Shown in pieces: positions 1 to 9,685 of a stretch of DNA of 64,000 nucleotides (the first letter of the stretch is position 1; every line of letters begins with the position of its first letter). The DNA is taken from contig JBFMAY010000017.1 of assembly GCA_040755455.1 (NCBI GenBank), forward strand, positions 1-64,000, written 5' to 3'. Position numbers and translations under genes: made by a program. The DNA is from Thermodesulfobacteriota bacterium. GTDB taxonomy: Bacteria > Desulfobacterota > Desulfobulbia > Desulfobulbales > SURF-16. The notes beneath the pieces were generated by a model, which was not told the origin of the DNA, ran no database searches, and worked only from the letters and a program-made list of their open reading frames with translations.

Positions 1-269
1 CGGCCCGGGGGAAGTATGCTTTTGTCAAACAGCAGTGCGCCTGCGTCAAGAAACAGAGCCAGGTCCTTTTTGACCGCTAGTTGCTGAAACAAGGTTTTTC
101 TTTTGGACAGACCGCCCTGTTGCTTCGACTTTCAGCCACAGGGTTCGGTTGCGCCATGGACATCATTGCTGTAAAAAAGGGTGATTTCCCCTGTTGCCGG
201 AGCAGCAAAAAGCGATGCGGGAAAGAAAAGGAGGAAAATTATAGAGATCAGGCGCAGGCAAATAGGCAT
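1..269 (-). CDS. UshA/5'-nucleotidase-like exported selenoprotein, N-terminal part (runs off the left edge); Sec at TGA 132-134
   Basis: ATG at 269 with AAGGAG RBS and a signal peptide, then TLFYSNDVHGATEPCG-TGA. The frame stays open past the TGA as KSKQQGGLSKRKTL...LFLDAGALLF (metallophosphatase D-x-H, GGL and DAG motifs). Hairpin ACAGG-GCGG-TCTGT lies about 11 nt after the UGA. Confidence 0.8.
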
Positions 270-280
270 GGTTTTCTCCT

Positions 281-1600
281 TCAGGTGTTGGTCTTGCGCT
301 GTGAAAGGATTTGTCTCCACTTGGTCAACCGGTCCTTAATAATTGCTTCGTGTCCTCTGTTTGACGGTTCGTAATAGCATGCCCCGCAGAGTTCCTCGGG
401 AAGATGGTCCTGATCGACAAGGGCAGAGGGTGAGTCATGGGCATACTGGTAACCTTTGCCGTAACCAAGCTCTTTCATGAGTTTGGTTGGGGCATTGCGG
501 ATGTGCAGCGGCACGGGCAGGCTGCCGGTCCGTTCGATATCCTGAATCACCTTGTTGTAGGCGGCATACGTTGCATTGCTTTTCGGTGCTGTGGCCAGAT
601 AAATTACTGCCTGGGCGATGGCCAATTCTCCTTCGGGTGACCCGAGCATGTGGTATGATTCTCTGGCATTCAGGGAAACCGTCAATGCCTGGGGGTCGGC
701 GTTGCCGATGTCTTCCGAGGCAAAGCGGATCATGCGCCTGGCTATGTAGAGGGGGTCTTCGCCGGAGCGAAGCATGCGCACGAGCCAGTACAGCGAACCA
801 TCGGGATCGCTGTCACGCAGGCTTTTATGCAGCGCGGAAATCAGGTTGTAATGTTCTTCACCTGCGGCATCATAGCGCAGACTGTTGCGCTGGAATGCGT
901 CTTTCATCAATGCCAGAGAAACCGTTCTTGCGCCGTTTTTTTCCGGAACGGCGAGAGAAGCGGCGATTTCCATGCTGTTGAGAAGTCTTCGCGCGTCACC
1001 GTCTGCCATGGCTATGAGGTGATCAATGGCCTGTTGCTCAAAATGAAGCTGCAACTCTCCCAGTCCATTTTTTTTGTCATGTAGGGTCCGTTGAAAAATC
1101 TGCTCAAGATCCTGTGGGGTCAGGGGAGATAAGGTGAGCACCCGGCAGCGGGACAGAAGAGGGGCTATGATCTGAAATGAGGGATTTTCCGTTGTTGCGC
1201 CGATCAAGGTCAGCAGCCCGCTCTCGACATGGGGGAGAAAAGCGTCTTGCTGACTTTTGTTAAAACGGTGGATTTCGTCGACAAAGAGAATAGTTGCCGC
1301 ACCGGTGAGCTGCTTCTGTCGCGCTTCATCGATAATCTGTCTGATTTCCTTTACGCCGGCCAGCACTGCGGAAAAAAAGATGAAATGGGATTCGGTTGAT
1401 CTGGCGAGAATTCGTGCCAGGGTGGTTTTGCCGGTGCCGGGTGGACCCCAGAGAAGCAGGGAGGGAAGATGGTTTTCGTCGAGCAGACCCCGGAGAATTT
1501 TCCCTTCAGCGAGCAGATGGGCCTGTCCGACAAAGTCGCCTAACTGCTGCGGCCTCATTCTTTCAGCCAGAGGTTTTCTGTCGGTCGTCGCCCCTTTCAT
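281..1600 (-). CDS. rarA: Replication-associated recombination protein A (MgsA/RarA AAA+ ATPase)
   Basis: PLAERMRP, GPPGTGKTT, DEIHRFNKSQQD, GATTENPSF and SALHKSLRDSD motifs. ATG 1600 overlaps the upstream stop (ATGA). Confidence 0.95.
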   Translation of the reverse strand: MKGATTDRKPLAERMRPQQLGDFVGQAHLLAEGKILRGLLDENHLPSLLLWGPPGTGKTTLARILARSTESHFIFFSAVLAGVKEIRQIIDEARQKQLTGAATILFVDEIHRFNKSQQDAFLPHVESGLLTLIGATTENPSFQIIAPLLSRCRVLTLSPLTPQDLEQIFQRTLHDKKNGLGELQLHFEQQAIDHLIAMADGDARRLLNSMEIAASLAVPEKNGARTVSLALMKDAFQRNSLRYDAAGEEHYNLISALHKSLRDSDPDGSLYWLVRMLRSGEDPLYIARRMIRFASEDIGNADPQALTVSLNARESYHMLGSPEGELAIAQAVIYLATAPKSNATYAAYNKVIQDIERTGSLPVPLHIRNAPTKLMKELGYGKGYQYAHDSPSALVDQDHLPEELCGACYYEPSNRGHEAIIKDRLTKWRQILSQRKTNT

Positions 1601-2406
1601 TTTGCCTGAGAACAAAGTAACATGAGCCTGTCCGCCATGCGTTCAGATGAAAAAACAAGGGATTCCAGATCAAGATAATCCAGAACGTTTTTGTCGAAAA
1701 GGATTTTTGTTCTGGCAGCAAAACCGTCTTCTGGTTCTTCGTCCCAGAAGAGGAGCTGCTGCGGCAGGTGCGGCAGGACCGGAATGATTGCTGCGGCAGT
1801 GGCTGAGGAATGCTGGGCGGGTTTGCCTCCCAGCTGCGCACACAAAGAAAATATCGTATCGCTTGCTTGACCTGTAAAAAGTTGCGCCAGGCGATTTTCA
1901 CAGTAAGTGGCCAGGGTTTTTGTCTTGGAGATCGAATTGGGCAGGCTTTCAAGGCCTGTCCATTGCCCGCACGGGGGATTGGCTCCGCCTGAATAGACAT
2001 AATTGTATAAGAGAATCTGATCACGGGGATCTTCAGGTTCTTGTCCGTTGATCAGTATCCGTGTTTTAGTCAGTAAAACACTCTGGCCCAGGTAGGAAAA
2101 TGCGAGTGTGTCCTTTGCGCCCAGAGGCAATGAGAGACCGAGAGGGGAGGCGATAGTGGTGAAATCAAGATCTCGGATTTTGTCACGCAGGTGACGGATC
2201 AGATCCAGATCACGCTGCTCAGCCATTTGCTCGAGCGAGGTGCTCTCCTGTTTTTCAAAGGCCAGGCCATCGAGGTTGATATAAGGGCATTTTTTCGGGT
2301 CCGCGCCGCTTTTGGCAACATTGGCCGCAAAGGCAAGGCAGGCCGGATAGCCGCATTCGCCACAGTTTGATTTCGGAGTTCGTTTTAGAACCTCAAGGGG
2401 ATTCAT
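1597..2406 (-). CDS. Fe-S domain (AcsC/RnfB N-terminal-like) plus DUF3786-like domain protein
   Basis: PKSNCGECGYPACLAFA...CP Fe-S motif; C-terminal WDEE...F.AR.KILFD...YLDLE segment typical of DUF3786. Confidence 0.75.
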   Translation of the reverse strand: MNPLEVLKRTPKSNCGECGYPACLAFAANVAKSGADPKKCPYINLDGLAFEKQESTSLEQMAEQRDLDLIRHLRDKIRDLDFTTIASPLGLSLPLGAKDTLAFSYLGQSVLLTKTRILINGQEPEDPRDQILLYNYVYSGGANPPCGQWTGLESLPNSISKTKTLATYCENRLAQLFTGQASDTIFSLCAQLGGKPAQHSSATAAAIIPVLPHLPQQLLFWDEEPEDGFAARTKILFDKNVLDYLDLESLVFSSERMADRLMLLCSQAK

Positions 2407-2410
2407 GATC

Positions 2411-2671
2411 TTAAAGCACCATTTTGATGGAGGAGTGCTGCCTCAGGGCGGTGAAAAAAAAGTTCCGCGCCTCTTCAGAATGCACCGCTACTTCAAGATT
2501 AAGTGATATATATTTCCCCGTGCGGCTCGTATGTGAAAAGGTGAGAGTGTGCTCGGAGCCGGCAAAGATTTCGCTGACCGCAGCAATTAACGCGTCTTTT
2601 TCCGTGCCTATGATTTTATAAAGCCAGCGGCAGGGGTATTCAATTTGCAATTTTTGGTCGATATGTTTCAT
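2411..2671 (-). CDS. DUF493/YbeD-like protein
   Basis: IEYPCRWLYKIIG...SRTGKYISLNL...IKMVL; likely start ATG 2671. Confidence 0.85.
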   Translation of the reverse strand: MKHIDQKLQIEYPCRWLYKIIGTEKDALIAAVSEIFAGSEHTLTFSHTSRTGKYISLNLEVAVHSEEARNFFFTALRQHSSIKMVL

Positions 2672-2942
2672 GTAAAAGAATATGCTGCAAAAATGGCCAA
2701 TGAGAAAAAGAGATCGTTTGGCGAATTTAAACATATAATAAGTAAAAGACAACCAATGAAATGGTTATTATACAGACAGAATTGATGGTGAAAGCCTGAG
2801 TTGTGCGAAAAATCAGGAGGTTATGCCTTGCAGAAAGTTGCATGTTTAGCTGAGGTTGTGGCCATGGTCTAGCTAAAGCAGTGGCGAGAACTGGTACGGT
2901 AACCGAATGGTTTTACAGAAGTCAAAAAAGGTGCATACTTTT

Positions 2943-4895
2943 ATGGGGGAAAAATTTTTCATCACATTTGAGCCGGTTGGGCGGACAGTTGACGGCGAGA
3001 AAGGGGAGACACTCATTGATGTTGCCCGCCGGGCGGGGATACATATCAATGCCTCCTGCGGCGGCAGCGGACTGTGTGGTAAATGCCGGATTCATATCGA
3101 ACACGGTCGGGTTGACGGAGAAAAGAGCGAGAAGATAAGCACCAGTGATTTCGACAAAGGGGTGCGGCTTGCCTGTTCCTCCTTGCTCATGGATAATGTC
3201 ACGGTGCGCATTCCCCTTTCATCCTCCATGCAGAAAGGAGGGTTGTCTGATGGCGTGAGCGGCCGCCATCGCGCCCTTGAACATCATTTTGATATTGAGC
3301 AGTTGCGCAGGGAGGGTATTTTTTCTCCGCCGGTGGAAAAAGTTGCCCTTGAGCTTGTGCCGCCCTCCATTACGGACAATATGGCGGACGCCGGCCGTAT
3401 CGTCCAGGGCCTCAAAAATCAGTATGACGAGCATGGGCTGATCATCAGCCTGGCCGTACTCCGTAAAATCAGAAAGGCCCTGCGGGAAAAGGATTTTAAT
3501 GTCACCGTCACCTTAGCCCGACCCGTCCATCCGCGCGGCAAGACCCATGTGGTCAATATCCAGTCAGGAAACTGGGTCAACCGTAATTTCGGACTTGCGG
3601 TGGATATTGGCACCACCACTGTCTGGGGACAGCTCATCGATCTCCATTCAGGAAAGATCCTCGCCCATGCCGGAGATTACAACGGCCAGATCAGCTACGG
3701 GGAAGATGTCATATCCCGCATCATTTATGCAGAAAAGCCAAAAGGTGGTGAGCTGATGCAGGAACTGGTGGTGTCCACCATAAACAATATCATTTCCACG
3801 CTGTTGGTCGAGGCGGATATTGATCGGGATGAAATCGATTCGATAACCATTGCGGCTAATACCACCATGACCCATCTTTTCCTTACGCTGGAACCGCACT
3901 GCATAAGACGTTCCCCCTATGTGCCGGTAAGCACCTTCTTCCCGCCTATCAGGGCGACCGATCTGGGCCTGCAACTGACTGGTCATGCCATTGCTCTTCT
4001 CTATCCCGCCATCTCAAGTTATGTGGGCGGAGATATTGTGGCCGGGGTCATGGGCTCGGGCATGTACCGCACAAACAAGTTGACCCTCTATATTGATATC
4101 GGCACCAATGCCGAGATAGTCATCGGCAGCAGTGAGTGGCTGGTTTGTGCGGCGTGTTCCGCCGGACCAGCCTTTGAAGGAGGGGGAATTGCCTTCGGCA
4201 TGCGCGCGGCTGATGGGGCGATTACGGATTTCAGTCTTGATCCCGACACCTTTGAGCCGATGAACATCACCATTGGCAGAAAGCCACCGATCGGCATATG
4301 CGGTTCGGGCCTGCTCATTATTGTCGCCACCCTCTTTGAGAAGGGAATAATCGACCAGCGAGGCAGGTTTAAACGTGATCTTGCTACGGCCCGCATCCGG
4401 GAAGGCAAGAGCGGTTTTGAATATGTCCTGGTCTGGCAGGATGAGGCCGGCATTGACTCCGATATTGCCATCAATGAAGTTGATATCAGTAACTTTATCC
4501 GCGCCAAGGCGGCAATTTATGCCGGGGTGAAAACACTTGTCGAAGAGGTCGGACTTTCCATTACCGATCTGGAACAGGTCATTCTGGCCGGAGCCTTCGG
4601 CTCCTACATAGATCTTGACAGCGCCATGACCGTAGGACTGTTGCCCGAGTTTGCTCCGGGAAAGATTCTTTATGTGGGTAACGGCTCACTCTTGGGAGCC
4701 CGTATGAGTGAGTTAAGTAATCATATCCGTCAGGATGTGGTCGAGGTTGTGCAGAGAATGACGAGCTTTGAACTTTCAGAGGTGGCAAATTTCAAGGAGC
4801 AATACGTTGCATCACTTTTTCTGCCCCACACGGATATCAGCCTTTTCCCGCAGGTGGGGATGCGGCTGCATGCCGGTTCCGCCCGCAAGAGTTGA
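2943..4895 (+). CDS. ASKHA-type reductive activator of corrinoid proteins (AcsV/RACo family) with N-terminal [2Fe-2S] domain
   Basis: CGGSGLCGKC...RLAC ferredoxin domain; AVDIGTTT, YGEDVISRI, DIGTNAE, CSAGPAFEG, GICGSG and LAGAFG motifs. Confidence 0.9.
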   Translation: MGEKFFITFEPVGRTVDGEKGETLIDVARRAGIHINASCGGSGLCGKCRIHIEHGRVDGEKSEKISTSDFDKGVRLACSSLLMDNVTVRIPLSSSMQKGGLSDGVSGRHRALEHHFDIEQLRREGIFSPPVEKVALELVPPSITDNMADAGRIVQGLKNQYDEHGLIISLAVLRKIRKALREKDFNVTVTLARPVHPRGKTHVVNIQSGNWVNRNFGLAVDIGTTTVWGQLIDLHSGKILAHAGDYNGQISYGEDVISRIIYAEKPKGGELMQELVVSTINNIISTLLVEADIDRDEIDSITIAANTTMTHLFLTLEPHCIRRSPYVPVSTFFPPIRATDLGLQLTGHAIALLYPAISSYVGGDIVAGVMGSGMYRTNKLTLYIDIGTNAEIVIGSSEWLVCAACSAGPAFEGGGIAFGMRAADGAITDFSLDPDTFEPMNITIGRKPPIGICGSGLLIIVATLFEKGIIDQRGRFKRDLATARIREGKSGFEYVLVWQDEAGIDSDIAINEVDISNFIRAKAAIYAGVKTLVEEVGLSITDLEQVILAGAFGSYIDLDSAMTVGLLPEFAPGKILYVGNGSLLGARMSELSNHIRQDVVEVVQRMTSFELSEVANFKEQYVASLFLPHTDISLFPQVGMRLHAGSARKS

Positions 4896-4898
4896 TCC

Positions 4899-6629
4899 AT
4901 GCTACGGAAAAAGACCAAAGAAGAAACCAGCTCTTTTTTGCCGACCTGCGCTGCCGAGATGCATGCCCGCGGCTGGGATGAGGTGGATATCATCCTGGTC
5001 ACAGGGGACGCCTATGTGGATCATCCTGCCTTTGGCGTTGCCCTGATCGGCAGACTTCTTGAGGCAAACGGCTTCCGGGTGGCCATTCTGCCCCAGCCCC
5101 GCCATGACTTGCCCCAGGCCTTTAAGGAATTCGGTCCACCGCGGCTTTTCTGGGGAATTACCGCGGGGAATCTGGATTCGATTGTGGCCAATTATTCAGG
5201 CAACGCCAAGGTGCGCGATGTTGATCAATATTCGCCGAACGGTAATCCCTACTTCGGAGAATCCCGTGCAAAAAATGAGCGGCGCAGACCGGACCGTGCC
5301 ACCATCAGATATGCCAATCTGGCCAGAAACGCCTATGGGGCAATCCCGATCATTCTCGGCGGCTTGGAGGCTTCGCTCAGGCGTTTTGTTCACTATGATT
5401 ACCAGCAGGGGAAATTGCGGGCCTCGGTTCTTGCCGACGCCAAGGCTGATCTGCTCATTTACGGTATGGGCGAAAGGGCCGTGGTTGAGGTGGCGCAAAG
5501 GCTTGCCGCCGGGCGTGATCTTGCCGGCATAGCCGGCACATGCCAGCGGTTAACCGATGCGCAGCTGCAGAGCTTTGCCGAAGAGGGGCATGTTGTTCTG
5601 CCGACACTGGCAGAAATTGAACAGGACAGAGAGGCCTTTTTAAGCGCCGAGCTGCTTATCGATAAACACGCCCGTGCACTCAGCCGGTCAATACTTGTGC
5701 AGAAACAACAGGCCATGTGGGTGGTGCAGCATCCCCCTGCAGAGCCCCTTGCCACTGCGGAAATGGACAGCCTGTACGGGCTTCCCTTTACCCGCCGACC
5801 CCATCCTGCCGCCGGTGACGTGCCGGCATACCGCATGATCAGTCACTCGGTGACCATTGTCAGAGGTTGTTTCGGCAATTGCTCGTTCTGTGCGATTTCC
5901 AGACATCAGGGACCTGTTGTTACCTCACGAAGTGAGGAATCCGTTCTTGCCGAGGTGAGGCGGATTACCCGCATGGATGATTTCCGGGGCACGATAAGTG
6001 ATCTCGGCGGACCAACCGCTAATCTGTACGGGTCAAGCTGCAGGAGCAAGACATGCAGACGGCATGATTGCCTGCATGAGGGGGTGTGCCGTCATCTTGT
6101 TATGGATGAAACACCTTTGCTCAGCCTGCTTGACCAAGTGAGCCGTGTCGACAAGGTAAAAAAGGTGTTTGTCTCCTCCGGCCTGAGGATGGAGCTTCTG
6201 CTTAACACCCCGCGACTGCTGAAAAAACTGTTAACTGCCCACACATCCGGCGCCATGAAAATAGCTCCGGAGCATACAGTTGCCCATGTGCTCAGGCTGA
6301 TGCACAAGCAGGGCCCGGATGTTTTACCCGCCTTTTTAGCCTTGTGCCGGAAAATCGCCGGTGAAACCGGGGGGAAATTTATTTTTACCCCTTATTTTAT
6401 CTCGGCCCATCCCGGATGCACTGTTGATGACATGAAGGCCCTGGCCCGGGACGTACGGAAAATGGGTCTCTCTGTTCGGCAATTCCAGGATTTTACCCCG
6501 ACACCCGGCACCATCTCAACGGCAATGTATGTCTGTGGACTTGACCGATACAACCGCAAACCAATATATGTTGCATATCATGCAAAAGAACGCATGCGGC
6601 AGCGTCATATTCTGGAAGAAATGAAATGA
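4899..6629 (+). CDS. YgiQ/UPF0313-family radical SAM protein
   Basis: [30 protein letters not shown] (CxxxCxxC), [14 protein letters not shown] and QDFTPTPGT motifs. Confidence 0.92.
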   Translation: MLRKKTKEETSSFLPTCAAEMHARGWDEVDIILVTGDAYVDHPAFGVALIGRLLEANGFRVAILPQPRHDLPQAFKEFGPPRLFWGITAGNLDSIVANYSGNAKVRDVDQYSPNGNPYFGESRAKNERRRPDRATIRYANLARNAYGAIPIILGGLEASLRRFVHYDYQQGKLRASVLADAKADLLIYGMGERAVVEVAQRLAAGRDLAGIAGTCQRLTDAQLQSFAEEGHVVLPTLAEIEQDREAFLSAELLIDKHARALSRSILVQKQQAMWVVQHPPAEPLATAEMDSLYGLPFTRRPHPAAGDVPAYRMISHSVTIVRGCFGNCSFCAISRHQGPVVTSRSEESVLAEVRRITRMDDFRGTISDLGGPTANLYGSSCRSKTCRRHDCLHEGVCRHLVMDETPLLSLLDQVSRVDKVKKVFVSSGLRMELLLNTPRLLKKLLTAHTSGAMKIAPEHTVAHVLRLMHKQGPDVLPAFLALCRKIAGETGGKFIFTPYFISAHPGCTVDDMKALARDVRKMGLSVRQFQDFTPTPGTISTAMYVCGLDRYNRKPIYVAYHAKERMRQRHILEEMK

Positions 6630-6713
6630 TTTTTTTTCATATGGCAATCTTTTTTTAAAAAAGCTCTCCCATTGGTTGTTCCGGGTTTTATGTAAAGATT
6701 CCCCTTAATTGTC

Positions 6714-6743
6714 TTGACATAGTTTTATATGCCATTGTATTTA
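6714..6743 (+). promoter_or_regulatory. Putative sigma70 promoter of the mamK-like module
   Basis: TTGACA at 6714-6719 and TG-TATTTA about 17-18 nt downstream, in an AT-rich intergenic region. Confidence 0.45.
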
Positions 6744-6836
6744 ACGATATGACTCGCTCGGATTTCTTTCTTCTTCCCCATAATTTTGTTCTCTTCTATA
6801 AAGAGATGTATCTCCCTTAGGTTAAGGATAATCAGC

Positions 6837-7871
6837 GTGGAGCACACAAGAAAGAATAACAATGGTTTACTCGTCGGTATTGATCTCGGTACATCACGAA
6901 CCGCTGTGATGACAAACAGGGGTTATAAAAACATCATCCGCTCAGTAGTCGGTTATCCCAAGGATGTAATCGGACTAAAACTTGTCGGCAAAAGCCAGGT
7001 TTTTGGTGAAGAGGCCCTGAAACACCATTCCGCCCTCACGCTTTATTATCCCCTGGAAGATGGGGTTATCCGTGAGGCAAGCAAAAACGATTATAATGCC
7101 GCTTATGAACTGATGAAGCATGTTATTGAGCAGGCACGGCAGGGAAGTAAAGATGATGTCTGCGGGGTGATCGGCGTACCTGCCCGGGCATCCATCATCA
7201 ATAAGGAACTGCTGCTTAAAATTGCCCAGGACCTGATGGCCGTTTCCGTCGTGGTTTCTGAGCCGTTCATGGTTGCCTATTATCTCGACAAGCTCAATAA
7301 CTCAATTATTATTGATATAGGCGCCGGCACGGTCGATATCTGCGGGATGAAGGGCACCATCCCATCTCCCAAGGATCAGGTCACCCTGCTGAAGGCCGGC
7401 GATTATATAGATGAAAGACTGCAGTCCCTGATTCAGCAGCATTATCCGGACGTGCAGGTCACCACCAACTTTCTGCGGATCATTAAAGAGCAATACGGAT
7501 TTGTAGGAGAACCCGACCAGCCGGTCAAGGTGGCCATGCGTGTGGGGGGGAAACCGGTGGAGCTCGATATCACCGAAGATCTGCAGATGGTCTGCGAAAG
7601 TATTGTGCCGGATATTGTCGAGCATCTGGAGGCCATTATCAGGGGATTTGATCCAGAGGACCAGCAGCAGGCTCTGTTGAACATCTACCTTGCCGGCGGG
7701 GGGTCGAAGATCCGAGGTATTGATTCCTTTATCGAGGCACAGCTTCATGATTATGGAGAGGTGCGGGTAACATGTGTGGCCGATTCTGACTATATCGGCA
7801 GTTCCGGAGCATTGAAAATGGCAACGGAAGTGCCGCCGGAGCTGTGGGATCAGGTCGGTTTCTTAAGTTGA
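6837..7871 (+). CDS. mamK: MamK-like actin ATPase, copy 1
   Basis: GIDLGTSRTAVMTNRG, SVVGYPKDVIGLKL, IGVPARAS, VSEPFMV, DIGAGTVDIC, DQVTLLKAG, AGGGSKIRG and ALKMATEVPPELW match MamK signatures rather than MreB. GTG start at 6837 with AAGGA RBS. Confidence 0.85.
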   Translation: MEHTRKNNNGLLVGIDLGTSRTAVMTNRGYKNIIRSVVGYPKDVIGLKLVGKSQVFGEEALKHHSALTLYYPLEDGVIREASKNDYNAAYELMKHVIEQARQGSKDDVCGVIGVPARASIINKELLLKIAQDLMAVSVVVSEPFMVAYYLDKLNNSIIIDIGAGTVDICGMKGTIPSPKDQVTLLKAGDYIDERLQSLIQQHYPDVQVTTNFLRIIKEQYGFVGEPDQPVKVAMRVGGKPVELDITEDLQMVCESIVPDIVEHLEAIIRGFDPEDQQQALLNIYLAGGGSKIRGIDSFIEAQLHDYGEVRVTCVADSDYIGSSGALKMATEVPPELWDQVGFLS

Positions 7872-7884
7872 CGAAGAGTATAAT

Positions 7885-8379
7885 ATGGATTTCTTTATCT
7901 GGTTTTTATTCCTCGCCTTGGGTGCGGCTGTCGGCAGCGGGAGTGCCGCCTATCTCCTGCGCAACAGAGGTAAGCAGGAAAGTGAACAAACGAAAAATGG
8001 TTACGAAGAACAGATAAATTCTTTGAACAGCCAGCTTCGTGATGTAAAAGCTAAAATGGACAGTGTGCGTGATGAAGGCAAGCGTTACTGGGATGAGCTG
8101 CAGTTTGAAAAAAAACAACGTCACGAAGCTGAGGAGAAAATAAAAGTAATCCCCGGTCTTGAATCCATGCTGCAAGAGAAGAAGCAACAGGTTGCAGAAC
8201 TGATTGAACACAATACGGGGTTGAAAAATTCTCTAACCGAAGCCGAAAAGCAACTCTCTGATGAACGCCAGTCTTTTGAGGATATCCTTATTTTTGTCCA
8301 GGGGGGTCATTATCTGCCGGCCAGTGTTGTTCGGAACATGATGCGCCAGCAGAAGGATGCTGAAAATGCAACCGAATGA
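7885..8379 (+). CDS. Single-pass membrane-anchored coiled-coil protein
   Basis: Hydrophobic N-terminus (FFIWFLFLALGAAVGSGSAAYLL) followed by about 110 aa of E/K/Q-rich heptad-like helix; starts 13 nt after the copy 1 stop. Confidence 0.8.
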   Translation: MDFFIWFLFLALGAAVGSGSAAYLLRNRGKQESEQTKNGYEEQINSLNSQLRDVKAKMDSVRDEGKRYWDELQFEKKQRHEAEEKIKVIPGLESMLQEKKQQVAELIEHNTGLKNSLTEAEKQLSDERQSFEDILIFVQGGHYLPASVVRNMMRQQKDAENATE

Positions 8380-8480
8380 GGTTTAATGAGCAACCTGCAG
8401 CCCGGGTGAGCCCGATTTAACAGCTTTTTTTTGATTTAACGTTTTACTTGCGGAGAATTTAATTGCAAAAAGGTAACAAT

Positions 8481-9548
8481 ATGGAAATCCATCAGCAAAA
8501 TCCTCGGGAAACAGTGCAACACATACAGAACCAGCTTCTTGTCGGTATAGACTTGGGCACGTGCCGGACTGCGGTTATGTCCAACCGCGGTGCCCGGATT
8601 ATAACCAGGTCTGTCGTCGGCTATCCCAAGGATGTCATCAGTGAGAGGATGGTCGGCAGGGGGCCGATTATCGGGCAGGAGGCTATCAGGAAACGCAGCT
8701 TCCTTGATCTCTGCTACCCCCTGGCTGACGGGGTCATTCGTGAGGCCAGCGAACGGGACTACGATGCTGCCTATGAGTTGATAAAGTACGTTGTCGGCCT
8801 GGCAAAGCAGGGAGCTGAATCTTCGGTGAGCGGCATTATCGGGGTGCCGGCCCGGGCTTCGATAATGAACAAGGAACTTCTGCTTGATATCGCCAAAGAG
8901 GTCATGTCGGTGGCCCTGGTTGTTTCAGAGCCCTTCATGGTGGCCTATCAGCTTGGTAAGTTGAGTAATTGTATTGTGATTGATATCGGCGCCGGCACGG
9001 TAGATATCTGTGGCATGAAGGGAACCGTTCCCACCGCGGATGACCAGGTTACTTTTCTTAAAGGCGGTGATTTTATCGATGAGCGACTGGAGGCCTCCAT
9101 TGCCCGGCATTATCCGGGAGTGCAGATCACGGAGTCTGTTGCCTGCTCAATCAAGGAAGCCCATGCCTTTGTCGGTGAGGCCCAGACCCCGGTGATAGCC
9201 AAACTGCGCATGGAAGGCAAGCCGGTTGAATTTGATGTTACCGAGGATGTGCGCGCTGTGTGTGAAATTATTGTTCCTGATATTGTTGAACAGCTTGAGA
9301 CATTGATCATGAAGTTTGATCCGGAAGACCAGGAAGAGACACTGAAAAATATTATCCTTGCCGGTGGAGGGTCCCGGATAAGAGGGCTTGACCGTATGAT
9401 TGCCCGGCAGATGAAGGATTATGGGGATGTTGTTGTCACCTGTGTCGATGACCCGGAATTTATCGGCAGCGCCGGCGCCCTGAAGCTTGCAACAGAGATT
9501 CCATCAGAGAAATGGCCTGAAATCGGCGTCATGTTCGGAGCAGATTAG
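8481..9548 (+). CDS. mamK: MamK-like actin ATPase, copy 2
   Basis: GIDLGTCRTAVMSNRG, SVVGYPKDVI, GVPARAS, VSEPFMV, DIGAGTVDIC, KGTVP, VACSIKE, AGGGSRIRGL and ALKLATEIPSEKW; clear diverged paralogue of 6837-7871. Confidence 0.85.
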   Translation: MEIHQQNPRETVQHIQNQLLVGIDLGTCRTAVMSNRGARIITRSVVGYPKDVISERMVGRGPIIGQEAIRKRSFLDLCYPLADGVIREASERDYDAAYELIKYVVGLAKQGAESSVSGIIGVPARASIMNKELLLDIAKEVMSVALVVSEPFMVAYQLGKLSNCIVIDIGAGTVDICGMKGTVPTADDQVTFLKGGDFIDERLEASIARHYPGVQITESVACSIKEAHAFVGEAQTPVIAKLRMEGKPVEFDVTEDVRAVCEIIVPDIVEQLETLIMKFDPEDQEETLKNIILAGGGSRIRGLDRMIARQMKDYGDVVVTCVDDPEFIGSAGALKLATEIPSEKWPEIGVMFGAD

Positions 9549-9685
9549 CCGGGTAACTTTGCCAGGAAAATTCCACTGTTTCCATATAAAAGTTTCCCCG
9601 CGGTTGAGGAAGCTTTTTTTTTGTCTGAAATGTTTGCAGTGAAATCAAGTAAATGAATAAGAAAAAAAATGATCAGGATGACGGC

